Positions 13,942-27,274 of a stretch of 64,000 bases of DNA are shown piece by piece. A program made the translations under genes and the position numbers. The notes under the pieces are model-generated. The model was not told where the DNA came from and did not search any database. It saw only the letters and a program-made list of their open reading frames with translations. Origin of the DNA: Paraspadella gotoi (lineage: Eukaryota > Animalia > Chaetognatha); NCBI GenBank assembly GCA_051294375.1, contig CM119263.1, positions 18,314,628-18,378,627 of the forward strand, written 5' to 3'. Numbering within the stretch: position 1 is the first letter of the stretch; each line of letters starts with the position of its first letter.

Positions 13942-14082
13942 GTGACTTTCGCAACGCTGGATCTTTTTTTTGCAACGATCCTAAACAACCGACGATCAAC
14001 GATGCGCTCAGCTCAACGATTATCGGTCGGAAACCGATTTGCGAAGGTCAAACATAATTCGGCTCTTTGTCGACTCAGAAAG
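13942..14082 (+). CDS. Putative internal exon, possibly downstream of the repetitive exon
   Basis: CAG acceptor ends at 13941 after a (CT)n tract; AAG|GTAGAA donor at 14083; 141 nt, open in phase 0. No recognisable domain. Confidence 0.3.
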
Positions 14083-14451
14083 GTAGAAATGTTTTTCCAT
14101 TTTATCATAGAGAAAAAAAAATAGAACAGAAACAGGAACTTTTATTTTTGCGCCCTTAGCAGAGAGAAACAGTACAGTTATTTTAGTTACGCGTGTCAGA
14201 ATCCTACTTTGTTTCTACGGCATTCCACAATCCACTTTTTTCACATTCTCCTTTTTTTGCTTTAACGATTTTTTCGCCTTTTCCCTTTCTATCTTTGTTG
14301 ACGGGTCCATTTCTAATTTCATAATATGACATTTATTTTAATATTATTCTGATTATTTAACTATTTATAATGGTATGAAGAATTGTATATTAAGAAAGAA
14401 TCTATAGTATACGCCGTATGTATATAGAAAGAATATATTTTGACTTTTCAG

Positions 14452-14638
14452 TTTGGCCCCGCCATGTCGAGATGACTGTGACGCGGAAACGGGAAGCCGG
14501 TTCACGCGGGGGGACGGCTTTAACCCGATGACCGGATGCTCGCGTCCATTTCCACGGAAGGGGTCGCTTCGAGTCTTCGTCGAGGACGTCGAAGGGATAG
14601 ACGAAGCCGTTCTCTTCTTGGGCAGGGGAAATTTTTAA
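14452..14638 (+). CDS. Putative exon (GC-rich island)
   Basis: TTTTCAG acceptor ends at 14451; abrupt GC rise in AT-rich context; strand and frame uncertain. Confidence 0.25.
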
Positions 14639-15634
14639 AGAGAGACGGAGTGGAGATTGGAAATGATAGAGTTTGGAAGCTGACGCGATGGAGATAAGGT
14701 CGAAAAATTAATTTTTAAGGGAAGAGGAGCTTCGGCGAGATATAATTAAGGAGAAGAGTAAAATCGCTAGAAGGTTGCACAAAGACTTTTACGCGCTAAA
14801 CAACGACTATTAGGCTCAAAGCGACTTTTATATCAAGAGAGAGAAAACATTTTTTTTGGGTCAACAGCCCCTAAATTATTCGAGCAGTATGGTTTGGAGG
14901 AAAAGTGTTTCGGTTTACGAGAATATGAAAGACGATGCATCATCCCTTCTACGGAAGTCGGATTAAACGAAGAGAGTTAAATTTTATTCTTTGATCAGTA
15001 TTTATTATTATATATTTTACGAAATAACTAATATGTTTGTTCGAATCTCCGCTTACCCAACGCATTGACCCCAGTGAATTCATTCGTATTCTGTCTTCAC
15101 TAATCTAATACTATAAGTGTACAACAGTTTTTTTTTTCCTAGGAAATAAAAATTGGTTTTAACCAAAAAAAAACTTTGGGGTACAGATTTATTGTAAGAA
15201 ATAGATTTGATTTGTAAATAAATCAATAAAAAAGTCTACTGTGGTTGAAACCAATTTTTCTTTACGAAGTATAGTTGGTTTGAGTGGTTCAGTTTAATTA
15301 AGGGCAATCAGATTCGACCCAAGAAAAGGGATTCTTTTTTCTTATTATCTTTTTTTTTACACGGACTCCCGCAGTTTTACGAAAAAGGTGAACTTTCCGC
15401 CCGAAAAAAAAAATATATCCCAGGAAATAAAAAGTTTTTTCTCTCTCTCTTTCCTCTATTCTTTGGGGAGAAGGGAAAGAAAAAAAATCTTTCTCTCACG
15501 TTGATGGGTAAACACGGAATAAAAGGCCCTGAACATTGCATTGTGGGATGAGGGTTTCCGCCGTCAACGACCCTAGCGCTAAAATACGTAATATGATCCA
15601 TGAAGTCGGCGGTGGTGAGAGGGGAGAGAAGAGA

Positions 15635-15685
<51 letters not shown>

Positions 15686-15884
15686 TGAGAGAGAGAGGAG
15701 AGAGCGCGAGAGAGTGAGAAAGAGAGAGAAGAGACTTTTGATAAAACATGAATCGGTAGATGATTAAGCATCGGCATCAACATCTGTCGAGAAAACATTG
15801 AATGGGAAGAGGGAAAAGGAGGCTGCGCGAAAAGTGAGATAGAGAGAGCGAGAGAGAGAGAAAAAGAGAGAGAGAGAGAGAGAG

Positions 15885-15933
<49 letters not shown>

Positions 15934-16256
15934 GAAATATAAGTTTGTCGTTTAAGAAATTTTTGCCATCAAATTAATCTAAAGGAAAATTTTCTGAATG
16001 AATCATGTCAAACTTTACGGAAAGGACAAAAGTTCTTGAGTTATAATTACTGTATTCAAAAACTAGTACGCGTATTTTTTTAAAACATTCGTTGGTAAGA
16101 ATTTCTAAAACTTTTAGTTTTCTTTTCAGCAGTTAACATGAAAAGGGTTTTTTTAAGGTTAATTTTCAATTTTATGGCAGAGTCATGACCAGTTGCGGCC
16201 TAAACAGCGGCTGTTGGTCAAAAAAATAAACGACCGCGAGAGAGGCGAAAAAGAAG

Positions 16257-16296
<40 letters not shown>

Positions 16297-17290
16297 AAGA
16301 GAGAGAGAGAGAGGAGGGAGAGAGAGAAGGAGAAGAGGAGAGAGAGAGATAGAGAGATTATTTTCCTTTCTTTTTTGCCTCTTTTCTTTCAAATTCTCTC
16401 CTCTTTTGGCTTTGCTGATTTGGGCCAAGGAACTAAAATATTAGTGGCAACAAGATCTAAGTTCTAGGTATAGATCGGATTTAGCCACGTGCAAAGGTCG
16501 ATGGCAAATTTAGAAAAGGGCGTTGGCGCGAGGTCCTCAAGTGGATGGCAATTTAGTGACAAAGGTGGCGTGAGGACGGAGGGGCGTGGTCTTTGAACAT
16601 CGCAGACGATTTTTAGTCTCTGTCGCGGGACGACTTAGTAGGAAATTATTTGGTCGGTCTGTAATTCTGTTTTATTCACAATAAAATAAAATACTGATAT
16701 AATTTAATATATTTTTTATCTCAAATAGTTGAGAAGTAATAAACATTCACTTTAAATTATTAATAAATATTAACAAATTTTTAATAATTAACGATACGTA
16801 ATATGCAAATATAATTTAGTTATGATCGTGATAATTAAATAAATTGTTTTAAGACTGTTTCAGCAGAGAGTTTTAGTTCGTCATTTTCCAGGAGAAAGTT
16901 GCGTGGAGTTATCAATTGATAAGCAAATAACTATAATTTAGGAAGGTTTATTAAGAAAGCTCCAGACTCTGCCGACGCACGGCGCACGATAATGGACGAA
17001 CGGTGAACGAACTATGACGCAGAACGGCGAAGATGAGCCAGCGAAGGACTTTAATTACCCTAAATGTAAACTCCGTGATGGGAACCAACAGATAAGGCGG
17101 TGTGAAAATATCCTGGAGAAATTTTACAAATTATTAAAAATGCATTCGTGAAATTCATATCATTCGTAAAATTGGTAATTTTTCAGATAAAAATAATAAC
17201 CTTACTTTTTTCGCCTCAACTGGAATATATTTCCTAACAACCGTACCTCACACATCTTTAAACGGGCTTCAAATCGTAGAAAACCAATGA

Positions 17291-17506
17291 TTGACTGTGG
17301 TCCTTTTCGCCAGCATCTACGCTTCTTACCCGAGTCGGAGGGACAGGAATTCTAATCTACATCTAGGAAATATCGCCCTGACGGAAGAGAACCTTGCACG
17401 ATTCAAAAAAGAAGACCCGAAGGCTAAAGGAAAGGAAGGACAGGAAGGAGAAAAAATCATTGATTCTTCTTCTACCTTATCGGGCGACACCTTTTTGATT
17501 CAATGA
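17291..17506 (+). CDS. Putative terminal coding segment, unknown protein
   Basis: Non-repetitive, protein-like ORF (..NIALTEENLARFKKEDPKAKGKEG..). No family recognised. Confidence 0.25.
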   Translation: MTVVLFASIYASYPSRRDRNSNLHLGNIALTEENLARFKKEDPKAKGKEGQEGEKIIDSSSTLSGDTFLIQ

Positions 17507-19571
17507 GGCGTCCCGCTCACAAGTCAAATTTTGCAGGTGGGGTCGTCCGCGTCGTCTGTCGTCTGCGATTATCGTTTTTTAAAATGGAAGCCTCTGAAAC
17601 CAAGTTGGTAGCGGGCCTCATTCTGAGGATTTATTTGTTCTCAGATTTTGCTCAGGGATGCGAAAGGTGCGAAGTGCGATACTATAATTTATAATAATTA
17701 TCATAAAATTTACCTCCAATCATTTAATTAAAACTAGTCTTGCCCCGGACATTGGAGACTCAATGAGGGCTATGTTGGGTTTAGACCTCCGTCCTCTTAC
17801 AAGAGATAATTAATTAATTTATAGCAAGCTTTCAGATCAAGATCTCTCACCAGTCTAGCTTTATTTTTCGCACGAGTATATCGTGGCTTCCCTATCAATG
17901 AACAAGTATAATGTTGGTGCAAGAATGTTTCAATTTTTTAAAATCTTAACATTTAATAAATTCTGTTTCGAGCTGCTCTGGCATCATCAGCCCTAACTTG
18001 AACGTCGACAATGCACGGTGGTGCGAACCTGCCTGCACAGTGCACAGATACACGTGTTTATGTGCACTCACGCCTTACGTCCACTGTTGTCATGTCTGTC
18101 GACCGTCGCGCGGTCTCGTCCTCAACGTCCGTCGTCCTCGTCCGTCGTCACGCGTCGTCCGCGTCGGTCGTCGGGTCCTCGTCGTCGTCGGTCGTCCGAA
18201 GATCTTTGACCTCCGAAAAACTGTTTGGTTTGAGCGAGACATGCGGAAGATTTGGAGTTCTGGGCGCGGACAGAAGAGGAACGAAAGCGAAAAGAGCGAA
18301 GGGAGAGGAAAAAAACTAAAGAGGAAAGAAAAGAGCAATGATAACTCTCCGGAGCTGAAATCGGTTGGAGCAAAAGGAAAAGCGAAGTTTTGAAAATAAT
18401 AGGAAAAGACGAGAAGAGACAAGAAATGTCGTAACTGTGAAACGCTGAAGCGTGACAAGAAGTGAAAGAAAGAAAGAAAGAAAGAAAGAAAGACTCAAAA
18501 GAAAGAATAGAAAAGAAAGAAGAAGACAGAAGAAGAGGAAAGATCAGAAGATAAGAAAGAAGAAAGGACAAAAGACAGAAAGAAAGAAGATAAGAACAGA
18601 AAGACAAAAGAAAAAAAACAAAGAAGAGGAAAGAGACGAGCAACCAACAACAAGATCCAACCCAACCAAAACCAACCACTCCAATGGGGATAAAAGAAAA
18701 TAACCAACTCTCAAGTGGAACCTGCACCAGACCTGCCAAACCCGAAATGTATTCTTTTCTTCGTCTCGCTTCCGCTTTTTTTCCTCCAGGATCGGAATTT
18801 TCTGCTAATAAACGAAATCGGAAAGACCGAAATTCTTTTGGGCAAGCGAGTTCCGTATATTATCGCGATAGGTTAACGAGATTAACTGAACGTCCTATTG
18901 ATTCAATTTCTAGACTTCAGTGTTTAATAAATGCTTCATTACGGGCAATTTCCGCCGTAGTTATGCAGTATTTCACTTGCGACCAAAGTCGCAAGCCGTG
19001 AAAAAAAATTGTTAATACTAATTAAAATAATTTCGAACCGTTTTTTTCTATAATTTGTTCAGTTTTTTTTTTCGTGTTCGGACGCAATCTTGCCAAAACC
19101 ATTTGGGTCAAATTTTATTACGGTTTTTTGTAAGCACGTTTCACCTGCGCTAGAAAAAGGCGTATAATTTTTTTAATATTTTAAATTGTTTATCTTTATT
19201 TCCTTTTTTCTCCAATGAAATAGTTTTTCTCTCTTTGATTTTTATCTGTACAAAGTTGCTTCTTTATCGGCGGTTTGGCTCTATCGCTCTCTCTTCGTGT
19301 TTTCCCGGCTCCGTCTGTCTTTTTTACCTTGTACTCCTCTCCCTCTCTCTCTGATGGTCAAAACTAAATGCAGGCAAAACAGAAAAAAAATTCTTTCCCT
19401 AGACACTCTTGGTAGGTCAACGCGAAGGAGGGAAGAATATTTAATTAGCGGGTTTATGGTGAGATAATGAATCAAATTGAAGGGGGGAGCGGTGGGGGAG
19501 AACGGAGCGCGCCGTCGGAGAGAAGAAGGAGAGAAGAAGAGCGAGAGGATGCAGAGGAGAGAGAACCGGAT

Positions 19572-19612
<41 letters not shown>

Positions 19613-22540
19613 AGAGAAAAAAAATTTTCGATCCGTAAGCACTACGAGTTTTCTCAATCCCCCTGCGATTCAAACATTGCCCTATCGGGCATACCTCAAA
19701 TGTCGCTGTCTCTCCCACTCTCTCTCTCTCACTCCTCTCGGCTCTCTCTCTCTCTTCTCTCTCCTCTCTCTCTCTTCCCTCTCTCTCTTCGCCTCTCCAT
19801 CTCTCCTCTTCTCTCGCAAAAATAGCATTCGTGTCTGCGTTGACCTTTCCCGCGAAGAGGAACGTGCGGAACGGGGATTAGGCCTCGACACGGGGCGGGG
19901 GGGGGGGGGGGGGGGGGGTGGGGGGGGTAAGGAGGAGAAGTGGGAAGGGTGAAGAGCGGATCGCGGCCTCCGCGCCGGTCCCCGCACCGCGGGTGGCTGA
20001 GTGGTTGAGGGCTTGCTGGTGGGTGGAGGTTGGTAATTAGTTGGTATAATGAAGTCAATTGACATGGCCAAGTACGAAATAGCGGTGTGTGCCTTAGTAT
20101 CATCAGTTTAAAATCGGGACTTCAAATGACAAACTGAAATAAGGAGTGACAAAAATGACAAATTAGAGTGATAAGATGGAAGGAACGTCCGCAAAGTGAG
20201 GTCGAGGTCAAAGGTCAGAAGAACGACAAAGGTTCATCGTGAAGACGAGCGGAAAGGAGAGCGAAAAAGGTGAGAGGGGACGGAAGATGTGAGGGCGTCG
20301 AATGTGGGTTAGACTCAGTGAGCAGAGAAACGGGAGAGACTCACGTCGTGATTAACACAAATGAACATTTCTTTTTGAGAACTTTAGCCCTAAAAAGTAG
20401 AGAAATGAAAAAGTAATTTCGGGAGAGTGAAAGATCCTATCAGCAAGATAAAAAACGGATTCTCTATTTTCTAAAGTTTTCTCAAAAGTTTTTTTCAAAA
20501 ANNNNNNNNNNNNNNNNNNNNNNNNNNNNNNNNNNNNNNNNNNNNNNNNNNNNNNNNNNNNNNNNNNNNNNNNNNNNNNNNNNNNNNNNNNNNNNNNNNN
20601 NNNNNNNNNNNNNNNNNNNNNNNNNNNNNNNNNNNNNNNNNNNNNNNNNNNNNNNNNNNNNNNNNNNNNNNNNNNNNNNNNNNNNNNNNNNNNNNNNNNN
20701 NNNNNNNNNNNNNNNNNNNNNNNNNNNNNNNNNNNNNNNNNNNNNTATCATAAAATAACCAAGAAAGAGTCGGACTGAGTCTGACAGAGATAGAAACTCT
20801 AGAGGCGTGATTTCTGACGCTAAAAGACGCCGCATCTTTGACGGGCCGCGCCCACGAGATGAGATGCAAATGGCGCAGGCGACGCGCGTGGCGTTGACGC
20901 GCTGGCGGCGTCGACACCAAACCCGCGTCTCGCGAGGAAACGCGTGGGAGACGAATGCTCTCGGCTAATGCGTCGGTGACTGGGTCGCCCGGTCGTCGTC
21001 ATCGTGTGCGGAGTCGTCGTCTTCGTCGTCGTCGTCGTCGTTTTCGTCTTTCTCGAATGTTTCTCCGACTTAGACGACTTTTTCGTCGTCAGACTTTTTC
21101 GTTGTCGTCGTCGTTGCCGCAGTATTCGTCTTCTTCGTCGTCGGGTTCGTCGTTGTTTCTGGGTCGAGATTTTTCTTTTCTTCAAAAACGAAAAAAAAGA
21201 AAAAGAAGTAGGATGAAAAAAGATTTTCCGACGAAACGAGATGGAGAGAAGGGGAGAAAAATGAGTGGAAGAAAAAAGAGGAGTCGAGGAAGGTTAAGAC
21301 GGAGAAAAGGGAGGAAAGGTAGGAGTGGAAGATGTATAGAAGGAAAGTGTTAAATATTTCCGTGTTTCACGTTTCCCAAAAAATCGTTGNNNNNNNNNNN
21401 NNNNNNNNNNNNNNAATTTTAAGTGAATTAATATTTTAATGGGGCAAAGCCAGAATGTCGATCAACCGACGCCCATTCACCGCCTATGATAGATGGTTGC
21501 TTGCTAATGTGATAGAACAGCCGGAGGAGAGAGAGAAGAGAAGTTCTCGGACTGCGAGAAGAATGTACGCGGAGAGAGAGCGGAGCACGATGACGATGAG
21601 AGATAGAGGATTGAGAGAGGGAGAGAGACAGGAGGAGAGAGATTAGAGAGGAGAGTTATCATAAAATATAACCAAGAAAGAGTCCGGACTGAGTCTGACA
21701 GAGATAGAAACTCTAGAGGCCGTGATTTCTTGACGCCTAAAAGACGCCGCATCTTTGACGGGCCGCGCCCACGAGATGAATGCAAATGGGCGAGGCGACG
21801 CGCGTGGCGTTGACGCGCTGGCGGCGTCGACGCCAAATCCGCGTCTCCGCGAGGAAACGCGTGGGAGCACGAATGCTCTCGGCCTAAGCTGCGTCGGTGA
21901 CTGGGTCGCCCGGTCGTCGTCGATCGTGTGCGGAGTCGTCCTCGTCGTCGTTCCGTCGTCGTTTTTCGTCTTTCTCGAATGGTTTCTCCGACTTAGACGA
22001 CTTTTTTCGTCGTCAGACTTTTTCGTTGTCGTCGTCGTTCGCCGCCAGTATTCGTCTCTTCCGTCGTCGGGTTCGTCCTTGTTTTCTGCGTCGAGATTTT
22101 TCTTTTCTTCAAAAACGAAAAAAAAAGAAAAAAGAAGTAGGATTGAAAAACGATTTTCCCGACGAAACGAGATGGAGACTAAGGGGAGGAAAAATGAGTG
22201 GAAAGAAAAAAAGGAGTCGAGGAAGGTTAAGACGGAGAAAAGGGAGGAAAGGTAGGAGTGGAAGATGTATAGAAGGGAAAGTGTTAAATATTTCCGTGTT
22301 TTCACGTTTCCCCAAAATAATCGTTGCCCTTTTTGCCTAAAAACCGTTTACTATTATATCTGAGTGAAGAAACTTACCTTTGTGAGAGAAAGTAAGAATC
22401 TATATTAGTAGTTCTCAAGCTTTACGAGCCGTGAAGCAGGTTGTGTTTTAATGTTTCTTTACTTGATTTATTTTGTATTAAGGTTTTATTAATTCGTTTA
22501 TATTCTCTTTTTATAGTCCAGCGTTCATGCGCGTTTCATA

Positions 22541-22588
22541 TGTCGTTCAATGCCGTTCAATGCCTTTCAATGCCGTTCAATGCCGTTT
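22541..22588. repeat. 10-bp minisatellite (TGCCGTTCAA) x~5
   Basis: TGTCGTTCAA TGCCGTTCAA TGCCTTTCAA TGCCGTTCAA TGCCGTTT; echoed at ~25185-25220 (inverted) and ~31717-31762. Confidence 0.85.
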
Positions 22589-23159
22589 GTATCTCAATTG
22601 GCTTCTACATTTGGTTTGATTTAACAATGTTAAATTACCAAGCGCTTTAACTGCAACACGATATCTCGTCGCTTTATAGTCATGTTTACATTCGAGATAC
22701 TCTACAGAAAGAGAAAAAAGACAGAACGGAGAAATTGTTTCTTGTTTTTGTTTTTAGTTGTTAGTTTTTGGCGAGACTTGGCCTTGAACTTTGAAAATTT
22801 AGTTTTATTTACTTCCTACCTGTAAGAGTATTTAGGTTTGGCTCACCTGAAAAAGTTACATTTAATAGTTATCATCGTGTCAACTTTTTGATGAGGCAGA
22901 ACGAATTCGCGTTGGACTAGTTGGACTAAGTGAACGCGGTTCTTAAATCTCTTGATGATTCGCAGGTGGAACCCGACAAATCGTATCCTTGGAATGAGTC
23001 TTTTGAGATCGACAAGAGACAATGGAAGGGGAAGGATAAAATTTGTGAGCGAGAGAGAGAGAGAGAGAAAGAAAGTGTGAAAGAGAGAGTCAGAGTCACA
23101 GTCAAATAAAAGTTTCGGGAGTATTTAAGGAAGTCCCTTTTCCAAATGAAAGGGAAAGT

Positions 23160-23500
23160 AAGCCATCAATCACGTTCGTGAGAAAAAGTGAACGCTTCTC
23201 GAAGAATTCTCATCATTCGCGGTGACAAGACAGTGTTCGACATCTTTGCTTTTTTATCACAAGAATTGAAAATATTTAAAGCTCTTATACCAATTCATAA
23301 GATCACCTCGTGTAATAGGCGCAAGACGCGATTCGCATTTACTTTCATCAAAAGTTATAAGGTGACGAATGTTATGAGCAAATGCAGAAAACCTGAGCTT
23401 TATTTTCATAAGGATTCCATTAGAGAAGGAATAATGCTTGATCAACCCACAAAATTTGAATGCCTTGGACGCCTTCAAGGCAAAGTTGCAGAATCTCTGC
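23160..23500 (-). CDS. Putative exon inside the repeated unit, unknown protein
   Basis: Non-repetitive block conserved in copies B, C and D; minus-strand fragments such as LCLEGVKGIHILWK and SPRMMRILREAF; frame broken by indels. Confidence 0.25.
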
Positions 23501-23897
23501 TGATTCACAAACTTAATAATATTATATTTTAATGAAATAAGGAGAGTGAAAGGTTTTTCCTCGTCCTATGTCCAAAAACACAACTGATAAATTTCCATTC
23601 GGTCTCTCTTCTCCGTCCGTCTCCGTTGGTCCTCGCAATTTCCGAGATTCCGATCGCCAGTCAGACCACGTCGGATCTACATTGAGTTCGCGGCGAGAGA
23701 GAGAGAGAGAGACAGATAGATAGGGAGAGGGAGAACAACGAAGATGGAGACGGAGAGAAACGAAGATGGAGACAGAGACACCGCGGTAACGTCTCTCGTT
23801 CCTCTCTGTAGCGAACAACGACGTCGCGCATTCCAGCGTCTGCCCCATTAGGACTAAGAGAGAGAGAGAGAGNNNNNNNNNNNNNNNNNNNNNNNNN

Positions 23898-26550
23898 TTG
23901 CCCACGCTATTGGATCCCCAAACATTCGCCCGAGATATCCGGGTTACGCATCCTGGAATTGTTTCTCTCTTTTCTCCCTTCTCTCTCTCTCTCCTCTCTT
24001 AGTCCTAATGGGGAGACGATGGACATGGCGCGACGTCGTTTTCGCTACAGAGAGACGGAGACGGTTACGCGGTCTCTGTTTCTCCATCTCGTTTCTCTCC
24101 GTCTCCATCTTCGTGTTCTCCCTCTTCCACTTTATCTGTCTCTCTCTCTTCCTCTCTCGCCGGCGAAATCAATGTGATCCACCCACCCCGTGGTCGAACT
24201 GGCGATGCGGAAATCTCGAAATTCTGCAGAGGACCACGGGAGATGGACGGAGAGAGACCGAATGATTTATGCAGTTGTGTTTTTGGACATAGGACGAGGG
24301 AAACCTTTCACTCTCCTTATTTCATTAAAACTATATTAAAAAAGAATATAATATTAGAATTCAAACAGGATATCTACAAACTTTGCCTTGAAGGCGTCAA
24401 AGGCATTCATATTTTGTGGAAATCTTCGAGGTTTGATCAAGCTTCTATCCTTCTCTAATGGTCTTAAATAAATCAGGTTTCTGCATTTCTCTACATTCGT
24501 CCACCTTAAATTTTGATGAAAAATGCGGAATCGCGTCTTCGCCTATTACCAGAGTGATTTAGAATGTAAGGCTTAATATTTCATCTGTGATAAAGCAAAG
24601 AGTCGAACCTGTCTGTTCACCGCATGGATCCTTCAGAACGTTCACATCTTCCGAACGTGATTATGGTTATTCCCTTTTAAACTCTTATCCAACTTTAGGT
24701 GGTGACTTGGACTTCTCTCTTTTCTCTCTCCTCCCGTGCGTCTCTCCCCTCCTGCTGCGCCGTCGGTCTCGTGTATGCGTACTCGGACTTACGATTGTGT
24801 GTTCCACCTGCCGAAATCATCAAGAGATTAAGAAGCGCGTTCACTTAGTCCAACGCCATTCGTTTTCTGCCTCATCAAAATGTTGACACGATATACTATT
24901 TAAATTAACTTTTTCAGGTGAGCCAAAACCTAAATAAACTTTACAGGAGTAGGAAGTAATAAAACTTAAATTTCAAAGTTCAAGGCCAAGTCTCCGCCAA
25001 AAACTAACCAAACTAAACCAAAAAAAAACAAGAAACAATTTCTCGTTCTGTCTTTTTCTCTTTCTGAGAGTTCTCGAATGTAACAACATTGACTAATAAA
25101 GCGACGAGTATCGTGTTGCATTAATAGCCTTGTAATTTACATTGTTAACAACCAAATGTAAGAAGCAATTGAGTACAAACGCATGAAGATTGAACGGCAT
25201 TGAACGGCACTGAACGACATAGAAAAAACCTCACATGGAACGCTGGACTATTAAAAAGATAATATAAACGAATAATAAACTTAATACAAAATTAAATCAA
25301 GTAAAGAAACATTAAAACAAACCTGCTATCACCTCGTAAGGCTTGAAACTACTTAATATACTTCTTACTTTCTCTCACAAAGGTTAGATTTCTTACTCAG
25401 ATACTTAGTAAACGTTTTAGGGACCAAAAGGGCAACGATTTGGGACATAGTGAAAACGGATAATTTAACACTTTCCTTCTATACATCTTCCACGTCCTAC
25501 TTTCCCTCCCTTTTCTCCGTCTAACCTTTCTCGACTCCTCTTTTTCTGCAACTCTTTTTCTCCTTCTCTCCATCTCGTTTCGTCGGAAAATCTTTTTTCC
25601 TTACTTCTTTTTCTTTTTTCGTTTTGGAGACAGAAAAATCGACCCCAAAAAACGACGACCCGGACGACGAAGAAGACGAATACTGCGCAACGAGACCGCA
25701 CGAAAAAGGTCGCGACGAAAAAAGTCGTCTAAGTCGGAGGAAACATCGAGAAAGACGAAAACGGACGACGACGAACGACGAAAGACCGGCGACTCCCGCA
25801 CACATGACGACGACCGGCGACCAGTCACCGACGACATTAGCCGAGGCTTCGTCTCCACGCGTTTCCCCGAGACGCGGATTGCGTCCGACCGCCGCCAGGC
25901 GCCCCCCTACGTCACCACGCGCGTCGGGCCTGCGCCATTTGCATCTCATCTCGTGGGCGCGGCCCGCAAATGCGGCGTCTTTAGCCGTCAGAATACGGCC
26001 TACTGTTTCTATCTTGTCAGACTCAGTTCGACTCTTCTGGTTTATTTTTGATACTCCTCTATCTCTCCTCTCTCTCTCTCTCTCTCTTCTCTTTCTCTTC
26101 TTTCCTCTCGTCTTCTCTTCTCTCCCTCTCTCTCTCTTCTCCTCTTCACACATAGACAAGCTTACATGCTATCATAGGCGTTGGGGATGGCGTCGTTGTC
26201 ACATGGTTGCCATTAAATATTTTCACCTAAAAAATTTAGATAAAATTATATGTTTTTACCGAATTTTCTAGATTTTTGGAAAAAAAACTTTTGAGAAACT
26301 TTTAGGAAATAGAAATCCGTTTTTTATCTTGCTGATAGGGATCTTTCACTCTCCGAAATTACTTTTCATGTTCTCTACTTTTTAGGGCTAAAGTTCTCAA
26401 AAAGAGGAATGTTCATTTAGTGGTTAATCACGATCGGTGACTCTCTCCCGTTTCTCTTGCTCTCATGAGTCTAACCCACATTCGAACGCCCTCACATCTT
26501 CCGTCCCCTCTCACCTCTTTTCGGTCTCCTTCGCTCCTTCACGATGAACA
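23898..26550 (-). repeat. Copy C: inverted copy of the distal part of the unit
   Basis: Reverse complement of ~20231-23872 and ~30270-33395, e.g. TTAGTCCTAATGGGG vs CCCCATTAGGACTAA. Begins right after a 25-N gap; differences are mostly deletions. Confidence 0.93.
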
Positions 26551-27274
26551 CCTTTCACTCGATTCCTGTTTCCTCAAAACGGGTTCCTTCTTTGATGAAA
26601 CGATACCAGCACCATGTCACTGACTTGTGTTGTCCGTCGTTGTCAGCCAGCATCTTACTCTTGTACTATCTGGGCGGCCATTCCAGGTACATTTATCCAG
26701 GAATCTTAATCTATCATCAGGTTTCAATATCTTTGTCATCCACCTCTATCACTTTCGGTGAAAGTCAAGTGTCGGACTTTGACTCGTTATTCTTTATGAA
26801 AAGTCCAAGACTCGAATTGCTATAAGGAAAGGAAGGAAGAGGAAGAAAAATCATGATTTTTTCCTGTAAACTTATTCGAATAACTTTTGTAATATAATAG
26901 GTTCAGCTCACACACACCCGTTTGCTATGTTCTCGTCGTCGTTGCTTCACCCTTGTATGCAAACAGTTTGTATACCAAATGGAATATCGACTCTTTGAAA
27001 ACTCAAAGTTTGGCAGCCCAACCCTCCAACTCCTAGACAGAGCTTTTAAGCTACTCCGTTTTCGCATTGATCAGCGTGCACATCGACGAGTCGAACCGCA
27101 TGGCGTGGGATCACTTAGCCTCTCTCATCTCACATCTTCCTGTCACTATTAACCTCCCACCCACACTCTCCCACACTCCTCTCCAGAAAGCCTATAATCA
27201 GACTCCCGATCATCGTTCAGAGCTCTAGACCAGAGGTTCGTCGACCGTGATCACTGGTAATCCCTATTTTCCAG

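Larger units (their letters stand above)
17685..23872 (+). repeat. Copy B of the ~6 kb unit, with an internal redundant segment
   Basis: Collinear with 27275-33320. 20746-21389 duplicates 21657-22326 and sits between two N gaps, whereas copies C and D carry that segment once. Confidence 0.93.

Noticed and set aside
14570-14625. YPFDV (minus) and DEAVLFLG (plus) resembling the continuation of the GTPase
   Set aside because: Flanking residues do not fit, the two words are on opposite strands, and it is 20 kb away across several gaps.
15600-16450. RE/SL-repeat ORFs here and across the window, and ORFs running through N gaps
   Set aside because: Translations of (GA)n/(CT)n, (TTTC)n and N runs; no coding evidence.
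20231-26550. Biological giant palindrome or foldback element centred at 23.9 kb
   Set aside because: Centre is a 25-N gap, arms differ by read-type indels, and copy D shows the locus continuing linearly.
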